DNA of 61,718 nucleotides, counting the filler, from Platydemus manokwari (Eukaryota), in the NCBI GenBank assembly GCA_037951405.1. It is 4 parts of 4 records of this genome, joined end to end, with 100 filler letters (N's around TTAATTAATTAA, not from the genome) between each part and the next. Parts side by side here need not be neighbours in the genome. Positions count along the whole stretch, not along the records: positions 52,895 to 61,718 come from JBBMOY011343871.1; 3 more parts are not named here. The stretch is one strand, 5' to 3'. The translations under genes were made by a program, and so were the position numbers. Positions 53,904 to 61,718 of this stretch are shown here, piece after piece. The stretch's first letter is position 1. Every line of letters starts with the position of its first letter. The notes beneath the pieces were generated by a model that was given only the letters and a program-made list of their open reading frames with translations, was not told the origin of the DNA and made no database searches.

Positions 53904-56360
53904 ATGGGTGATTATCCTGAACCCTTATCAATTGACAATGATAACAGTTTTTACCATCATGTACATCGATATTTTATGAAATCATTTATGAAATTCCCTC
54001 GAATAACAAATCATGATAATCATTCATCAAAGGAAACCATTTCCAGTAGTTATTTAGTTCAATTCAGTAACTTCATTATGGTACCAACAAAATTATATTT
54101 TAGTTATAAATCGGATTTGTTGAAGGATCTGGGAAATATTTGGCTCAATCACTATCTGCAAATCATTCTATCTCAACCTCATCAATCTTCTTTGCCATTG
54201 GTTTTTGATTTGGAAACAATAAGCAATTTAAAAGCTCTGTTCTTTAACCAATGGCAAGATCATATTCAAAATATTGATGATTTCTATCACAGGTTCCAAT
54301 TGCATTGCCCAACATGTTTCCAAATCATTCCAACATATCACCAAGACACGAATATTGTCAGTTTAATAACATCTCATTTTTGTAAAGATAATCATTTATT
54401 GAATCTTCAACATCATTGTCCATGTGGCATGATGTTTCCTGATCATTTATCATTTGTCCATCACATTATACCGATTCCAACAAATCAATTGACAGGTCTG
54501 ACATTACCTATCTGTTCTATTGCAACATTTTATTGGTTACAAGTAGCTATCTGTTCAATTGATGTTTCCAGTAATTCTCTCAATACTTTCTATTGTTTGG
54601 TTTGCTGTAAAAATCAACGGGATTCCGATAACAATTTCGAATCTCAAGGCAGATTTGTTCAACTTGATTTCTTCAGTTGGATGCATCATTTGGTTTTTGA
54701 TTGTCCGACATTCAAACAACAAATATCGATCGAGATCAAGGATAATCTCTGTCATTTTTGTACGGAAAATTCGTCTTCCATTTCCAATGACCTTTCCATT
54801 CAACCATTCAAGGAAGCATGTCCAAACATTCTCAATGCCTTGAGTACGGATTTTAATTTAAATCTCTTTCAACAAGAGGATTTTTTCTATTTCAGTTTAG
54901 ATTTCAATTTATCACAAAAACTGAGGCCATCTGATTTTCTATTGAAATACAATGCATTCGAATGTGCCAATTTTAAACAAGAAGAATTAAATAAAGTCGA
55001 TCAATTATTTCTCAATCTTCCTTACTCGTGTTCGAAATGTCTTTTTCGATTCAAAGATTTCTCATTGAAATACAATCACAGCTGTTACATTCCTAAAGGA
55101 AACAATAGTTGTAAAACAACTCATATATGTCGATGTGGTCATTTTACCGATAGTCATTTGTCGTTTTGGCATCATATTTTTGACAATTGCTTTATTTTGA
55201 CCTATCTTTATTTGATGTTGTTTTGCTTATTAAAACAAATGAATGTTTTACATTGTTTCTGCTGTCGCTTTTGTGCCGATTCAAATTCTCTCACCCAATT
55301 TATTTGTCACTGGAAAAAGTGTCAAGTTGCATATCACGTTTTCGCTAAACACTGTCGACATTGCTTTAATGTCATTGACAACGAAAATATTTCCAATAAT
55401 TCAATTGAATATGGATCGAGGGGTGATTGTGACCTAGTTAGTTTTAGTTCAACAGAAAATAATGAATTGACAATAGTGTGTCAAGGTCATTCGGTTTCTC
55501 AACCAATCAAATCGTTGGTTGCCAATCGATGTAAGATTTTCTCCTCTGACTCCTACAATGACTCTAAATCGAAATCATTTATTAATAATCTTCAATTTGC
55601 ATCTACCGATACAATACCATCACAGGAACAAGCGGTTCTTATCCAGTCAACATTTCATCTGTTGGAAAATGTTTCATTGAAATTCCATGAAATATCCAAA
55701 ATCCTTGATTTATCAAGCAGCATTGTAGATATTCAATCCAGTACGGTAATAATTCACGAGGAAAATCCAAAATTTAAAAGGAAAACCATTGAAATTCTAA
55801 ATCAATCGATCTCAACTCCAAACATTTTCAATCAGATCAAGTATATCGATCAGCAAATAACACCCATCAAAATTGATATAAAATTCGATAAATGTGTTTT
55901 TGCAAAAGTGAATTGTATTGGGAAAATTTATTCATCAATAAGGTGTTTGGTATCGAAATTTAAATTGATCAAATCATCTCGAAATTGTCGAACAATAATC
56001 ACAGACTATCTCGATGAGTCATCAGATCGAAGATCAACAAATCGCGATAATTTCTTCAAGTATATCTTTCATCGATTGATTCAATTTAAAAACAACAAAA
56101 ATCATCAAAAACTACAATCTTGTACGTCAATGTTACCGATATTTCGCAAATTGGGATCGCCACAATATCATTATGATGAAGGAATTCTTTCATTGAAAAA
56201 TTTTCATGTTCAATATTTGGAACCTTGTAAAGAAACTATCAGTGGAATTCAAACGGAAACCTGTTCCAGAGAATTTGATAATCAATATAATTGGACTTCT
56301 TCACAGATTATTGAAAATATTAATCTCGATAATCAGTTCAATTCATTTGCATGGACCTGA
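53904..56360 (+). CDS. 818-aa intronless Cys/His-rich protein with atypical zinc-finger-like motifs; function unknown
   Basis: A 2.46-kb uninterrupted ORF in very AT-rich DNA. It contains repeated CxxC / CxCG..HLSFxHH / H..C motifs. AATAAA lies at 56365-56370, just after the stop. Confidence 0.85.
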   Translation: MGDYPEPLSIDNDNSFYHHVHRYFMKSFMKFPRITNHDNHSSKETISSSYLVQFSNFIMVPTKLYFSYKSDLLKDLGNIWLNHYLQIILSQPHQSSLPLVFDLETISNLKALFFNQWQDHIQNIDDFYHRFQLHCPTCFQIIPTYHQDTNIVSLITSHFCKDNHLLNLQHHCPCGMMFPDHLSFVHHIIPIPTNQLTGLTLPICSIATFYWLQVAICSIDVSSNSLNTFYCLVCCKNQRDSDNNFESQGRFVQLDFFSWMHHLVFDCPTFKQQISIEIKDNLCHFCTENSSSISNDLSIQPFKEACPNILNALSTDFNLNLFQQEDFFYFSLDFNLSQKLRPSDFLLKYNAFECANFKQEELNKVDQLFLNLPYSCSKCLFRFKDFSLKYNHSCYIPKGNNSCKTTHICRCGHFTDSHLSFWHHIFDNCFILTYLYLMLFCLLKQMNVLHCFCCRFCADSNSLTQFICHWKKCQVAYHVFAKHCRHCFNVIDNENISNNSIEYGSRGDCDLVSFSSTENNELTIVCQGHSVSQPIKSLVANRCKIFSSDSYNDSKSKSFINNLQFASTDTIPSQEQAVLIQSTFHLLENVSLKFHEISKILDLSSSIVDIQSSTVIIHEENPKFKRKTIEILNQSISTPNIFNQIKYIDQQITPIKIDIKFDKCVFAKVNCIGKIYSSIRCLVSKFKLIKSSRNCRTIITDYLDESSDRRSTNRDNFFKYIFHRLIQFKNNKNHQKLQSCTSMLPIFRKLGSPQYHYDEGILSLKNFHVQYLEPCKETISGIQTETCSREFDNQYNWTSSQIIENINLDNQFNSFAWT

Positions 56361-57394
56361 ACTAAATAAAAAGTGATGGTCTTTCTTCTTATATGTATAG
56401 TATATATGTATGTATATATATAAATATATCATTATATCATTATATCATTATATAATCCAATGAAAACATTGAGGCATATTTAAAGTTAAATAACAGAGAT
56501 TACGTTGTTTCTATTTTTTCTTTCTGAACCAAATACTGTTAGATTATGTCGACAAAATATCAAAACTAAAAGATGTTTGTCGAGTAAAATATCCCATCTT
56601 CAAAATACTGGATAACAAATACCGGATTTCAGATCATTGAGATTAGATCAAATATTCAACACAGATCTTCTGAAATTTTGTAATAAATCGATTATAACGA
56701 AATTTATCCAATTCCGTTAGGAGGACCAAAGGGCAGTTTTTCTCGACACCCAATTAACGACATCAAATTTTTATCGAGCCGATTTTATCAAAACGAAATC
56801 CTAGTTTGATAGAACATAAACATCAACGAAAAACTGAAATTAATCTATCAAAAGCATGTCCAAAGATGGCCACTAGATAACTTTGACAGCTGATATCATC
56901 GATCAAATATTCAATACGTTGTTTGATCTGCTTTTGAAGACAAGCATTGGTGTCCATTTGGTTCATATATTGCCATGCATGAACCAAATCACAATACATC
57001 ATATTGGAAAAATATTAAAGTCCATTAACGAACGATATATCTGTGTATTGCCAGATATTGATTATTCCATTACAAATTGCACCAATATATGTTGTGTATA
57101 GCAATCACGAAACAGGTTTGGTTATGGTGTGTGAAATAATTCCATAAACTAGTTACAGAGAATCAATAATGATTATATTAGACATGACAGACATCATCAA
57201 TTGATATTATCAAGACAAAATAGAAGACATGTAAAAGATATCTATTTCAAAAAATTCCAACATAGCATATTTATACATCTGTTTCTATCATTTTATAAAA
57301 CAATCCTCACAGACCCTTGGTAGAAAACTATAGCAGTCAGCACCAAGTACAAGGATGAAGTCAAATGCATGAGATTATTCATTCCAAAGAAAGA

Positions 57395-58901
57395 CTATCT
57401 GTCCGACTGGAACATGGATACAAGATCTTTCACTTTACAAGGCGTTTCTGACTCTGACTTTGATGTGCTCGATCCAGACGTGGCTCCCGATGTATGAACC
57501 AGCTTCAAATGATTCGTATTGATCCGTAAACGATCGGAAGATACGGATTTCTTTCTGTCGAACATTTCAATTCTGAATTGGGGTAATTGTCTTGGAGGTT
57601 TGGATGGTAATATTTCTGAACTTCCCAATGATATTTCTACAAAATAATCAATATTTCTATTAAAAATATTTTCATCTTATATATTTATCGATCTCACTTT
57701 CATTACCGTTGACTTCATTATCAGGAGGAATGGGCGTTGATGGAGATTTTTTATATTTCCTGGAATTGGTGTGTTGTAAATGATTCTGAGTTTGTACAAT
57801 ATAATCTGATGAATTGGATTTATTAATTATTCTCTTTGATGTTTCATATGATTGTAAGGCAGTTTTGAAGGAATAGTTGGGATCAATTGGTTTGATAATA
57901 TTATTATTATTATTATTATTAGTTGTAGTAGTAGTAGTAGAAGTAGAACTGGTGGTATTATGATATTCTATTTGACCAGTGCTACATTTGCGCTTATCTC
58001 GCTTGGTCAGCTTAACTGACGCCTTGAAAAACCTTAAATATAATAAGCGATGTTAGATAATGGTGATAAAATCTGTGAATTCTCAATAATATTTGAATGA
58101 AAGCTCAACACCTAAATTATTCTCTGCCTTACATTGATGAAGTTTTTGATGTTCGCAGCAATGTAAATATTTATAAATATTAAATAACTTTCTATTTATG
58201 TAGTCTAATATTAAAGGTAATTCTCTCCAACAATTAAATGCAATCGATATTATAATCTCGTAATGATTTGATAAAATATCCTGGCAGCAGATAGCAGATA
58301 TCTTCTGATAAAGTAGATTTAGCCAATCAATTAATTGAGCATTTTTTATTTGTTGAATTAATTAGAACATTATAATAAAACCCGGGAAAATTTCACATGA
58401 AAAGAAGATGAAAGAAATTAAAATCAATAATCTCATTATCAATAGGTTTACCAGGCCACCATTGATTAACAAATTAATTATAAAGGGATATTTTAATGAT
58501 TCTCCTCTGTCACTTTAACGCCGAGTTGATTTCGTTTCTTTCTGTATTGAATTCTTCCAATGATAAGTGATGGCTGGCATCGCCATTATTTGTGGATTAA
58601 TTTGCTTTCAGAAATGACATAAACCCATCAGTTGATATCATCAAATTATATACTTTTTATCTGCCCAACCCAACGATAATTTTGCTATTTTACAATCTTA
58701 TTAAAATTAACTAAAACGATTCAAACAGAATCGAGAAAAAACTGTTATTTTTGCTCCGGAACTCAAACCGGAACTGAAATCACAATCAAAGCCCCGTCCT
58801 GCATTAAATACAATAGTATTGCTCTCTAATTCTATCACAATTCAACTGGCAGATATTGTAAAGAGGGAAGAAAGATGAGAAAATACTGCTCCCAATAGTG
58901 A

Positions 58902-58946
<45 letters not shown>

Positions 58947-61483
58947 GAGGAAAAATACCATTTCAATTACCTTTTCACAAGTCCTGACTTTGTTTCAACA
59001 TCGAATAAAGATCCCCAATCGCTGTTACTCCGAGTTGATTTCGTTTCACGAACACTTGAAAACAATGGCTTCTTTCTATGAGTACCATCATTGAATTCTG
59101 TTAATGATGGATGACTGGTATCGCTATTATTTGTGAATGAATTTGCTTTCAGATATAAAGACACACCGTAGTTACGATCCATGGATGTCGACTACAGAAA
59201 TGATAAAAATCGGCAATCCATGAAACCATTTTACTTGTCGTTTATGTTGATTATTTGCCGTTGTATCACTGGCAACAGAATCCAGGTCTGGATCAGAACA
59301 AAGAGAAGCAAGTTCCATTTCATTCATAAGAACGTTAGAACTATCTGTGATTTCGTGCATCTGTCTTAAAGGTTTGAATATATCTTGAATATCCTCTGGG
59401 GTAAGTGTGATTTTATTTTTCGCTTTATCAACGTAATGTTCATCAGCATGATTCTGGCCAATGTTATTTTCACAAAGATTCTCTTCATTGACATCAATCA
59501 TGATCGACCGACAATCAATATCATCGTCGCCATTGAAATGATTACGTTTCATTGGCCATTGATATATGCTTGGATCTCTAAAATTAACTTTGGACTCCGA
59601 TTTTATTGCGTCAACGCTATTTCGTCTTTTGAAATTTTTATGCTTGGCAGGATTAAATGAGGGCGGTGAGATCGGATCGAGAATTCGTCGAAGACTAGAC
59701 TCTAAATCTAGCAAATCGTCTACCCGATTAAGATTAAAATGAAACCTATCCAACACTTCATTGCTCATTGGTTGGCACTGTGCTAGCACTAAAATAAAGG
59801 ATGTCATTTCAAATATTCACAAAACATGAAAACGTAATGTTATATATACTAATAGAATATCAAATGTCTCCGCAATAGATCAATGTTTTGGACTCGTTAT
59901 AAGACATATAAAGGAATTATTATTATTTTTCAAATATTAAATGATATTATTATATAATTTATACCAGAGGTGGCCAACTTTTGTGTACGTAAGATCGACT
60001 TTTCATTTGAATAACATCTCAGGCGATAGACTAAAATTGGCTTCAAGATCGACCGGTTGGCCACCCCTGATTTATACAATATCAAATTAGTGAGAGTGAG
60101 TTATTAAGATGAAACTGGTTTATCTCTGTCATAAAATCTCAATCAGACAATGTCGAATTCCACGACAACATTATATATAATTATATATATATACTGTCAA
60201 ATCAGGAATATCTGACCATGTGATTATAAGAGTGCATTATTTGAAAAGCTCCACATAATCGAGCTTATCTGTAAATGGAAATGGGAATATATAGTCTATA
60301 TTAAACTCATATGTACTAATATATACTTTAATAAATATACCAATAAATCTATAATTATTATCGGTTGCCATTGGTATCTGATCAGAGTATCAAATTGTCT
60401 AATATTAGAGTAGAGCCGATGACTGATATTTGGCAAGATCAAACCACATCTTTATTAGATTCACACATAGAGCTAATGATTCACGAACAATAATGATTCA
60501 CTATATATATAAAGTTGTGTCGACTGATTATGATTATGATTATTATGTTGTGAGTTTCAATAAACAATTTATCTATCTATTCATTATTTCTTTTATTACA
60601 ATGGAATGAAGCATTGTATCGAATAAAATTATATCTTGTGACAAACACATATTTGGAATAGATTAAGAATATCAATGAGGCCCCCCATGGATTAGATGAC
60701 ATTTGATGTGCTTATATATCCTTGATCTGATGTCTATCATATGGTGTCAACAAACCGCATAAATATCTGCCATTCCAATAATCTGGCAAATTTAAAAATA
60801 TAAGATATCGAGGTTAATCACATCAACACATTTTCAGAGAAAATTGAGCAAAAATCTGCAATCAACAAGCAAATAATTCATCACTAAATAATTGCCAAAT
60901 AAGGCACCCAAAACTTGCCAATCTACCATTTGTGTGAAGAACATGTGTACAGGACAAAATAACAATATTAAATACAAATATATTTGGTTTGCGCATCAAT
61001 AACAGAGAGCCCCATCAATCAAAAGCTCGTTAAAAATCATGATAATTATATCTTAACAGGAAATATTTACCATTGCTTTTTTTATCTAGGAGAATCCTTT
61101 TAGCTCTCTCCGATATAGAATCTGTTTCAAATGTACTGATAATGAGTTGCTTGATCATTTTGCACCAGATTTCTTTCTCTTCTGCATTTGCAGCCTGTAA
61201 TGTTGCTTTATTCGAACCGTCAACAACATGAAACTCCAGAGGCTGTTTTGGAATACATTCGAAGAGCATCATTTCATGACACTAAATTACGAGATTCACC
61301 AACAAATCATCAGATAGTTTAATCACTTTGATTATTTGCTTAATATCCCATTTTCCCAAATTGATCCTCTTGGCAACAACCATGGCATTCTGACACAGCA
61401 GAACCGTGCGTGTATTTCTACATCCAGGCACTTTTAATTCTCCATCAAAAAATGGTTCACCTAGATTCGGACAATTGACCATT
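57395..61483 (-). CDS. PLEKHG1/2/3-like (Dbl-family RhoGEF) gene, PH domain and C-terminal exons; 5' part outside window
   Basis: Phase-consistent GT-AG exons: 61483-61327, 61281-61071, 59788-59235, 59191-58971, 58032-57698, 57636-57395. The PH domain reads GEPFFDGELKV..RTVLLCQNAMVVAKR...MLFECIPKQPLEFHV...LQAANAEEKEIWCKMIKQLI...ERAKRIL, and the C-terminus is VKDLVSMFQSDR*. The DH domain is not in the window, and the first acceptor is uncertain. Confidence 0.85.
57898..57948 (-). repeat. coding microsatellite (poly-Thr / poly-Asn)
   Basis: (ACT)n(AAT)n in frame within exon 58032-57698. Confidence 0.85.
58520..58635 (-). pseudogene. intronic degenerate duplicate of the RhoGEF exon 59191-58971
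   Basis: Shares CCGAGTTGATTTCGTTTC, ATTGAATTCT, ATTATTTGTG and AATTTGCTTTCAGA in the same order as 59030-59153. It has a TCA>TAA stop and an internal deletion. Confidence 0.75.
58903..58946. repeat. (AAT)n intronic microsatellite
   Basis: Tandem AAT repeats. Confidence 0.95.
59965..60069. mobile_element. 105-bp hAT MITE in RhoGEF intron
   Basis: TIRs CAGAGGTGGCCAAC / GTTGGCCACCCCTG with a perfect 8-bp TSD ATTTATAC. Confidence 0.92.
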
Positions 61484-61718
61484 CTGCAAGTCTGCCTGTC
61501 TGTCTGTCTGCCTGTCTGCTTGCAAGTTTGCCTGTCTGTCTGCAAGTCCGCCTGTCTGTCTACAAGTCTGCCTGTCTGTTTGCAAGTCTGCCTATCTGCA
61601 AGTCTGCCTATCTGCAAGTCTGCCTGTCTGTCTGCGAGTCCACCTGTCTGTCTGCCAGTCTGCCTGCAAGTCTGCCTGTCTGTCTGCAAGTCTGCCTGTC
61701 TGTCTGCAAGTCTGCCTG
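61484..61718. repeat. minisatellite (~16-20-bp unit, TCTGCAAGTCTGCCTGTCTG)
   Basis: Tandem TCTG/CCTG/CAAG tetramer-based units that continue to the end of the window. Confidence 0.95.

Noticed and set aside
54555-55437. Short alternative-frame and antisense ORFs within the 818-aa gene
   Set aside because: No motifs; expected by-products of a long CDS.
61484-61718. Repeat as a CRISPR-like array
   Set aside because: No unique spacers and a eukaryotic context; it is a simple minisatellite.
1-61718. tRNA, rRNA and spliced-leader RNA genes
   Set aside because: None recognised by eye. An Infernal or tRNAscan run would be needed to exclude them.

Overview
Very AT-rich eukaryotic scaffold with short GT-AG introns, mostly 43-140 bp. 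This is consistent with a planarian/flatworm-type genome, but that is inference only. Three artificial 100-nt gaps carry a TTAATTAATTAA linker. Host genes: (i) a divergent class-A peptide-type orphan GPCR at 24164-25392 (+); (ii) a secreted Kunitz inhibitor cut by a gap at 34492-34766 (+); (iii) an intronless 818-aa Cys/His-rich protein with an internally duplicated, unfamiliar zinc-binding module at 53904-56360 (+); (iv) the last six exons of a PLEKHG1/2/3-like RhoGEF at 57395-61483 (-). Much of the rest is transposon debris: two opposite-strand copies of one Ty3/Gypsy family with complementary deletions, solo LTRs, hAT elements and MITEs with TSDs, and pogo and mariner transposase relics. 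The most interesting item, largely missed by the ORF track, is a ~5.5-kb island (29.4-34.8 kb) of small secreted disulfide-rich peptide genes. It holds two divergently oriented paralogues with a doubled CX3C-X6-CX3C framework (both disabled here), a possible Ly6/three-finger relic and the Kunitz gene. Two long hairpins lie just to its left. All family calls come from reading motifs by eye; no database search was run.
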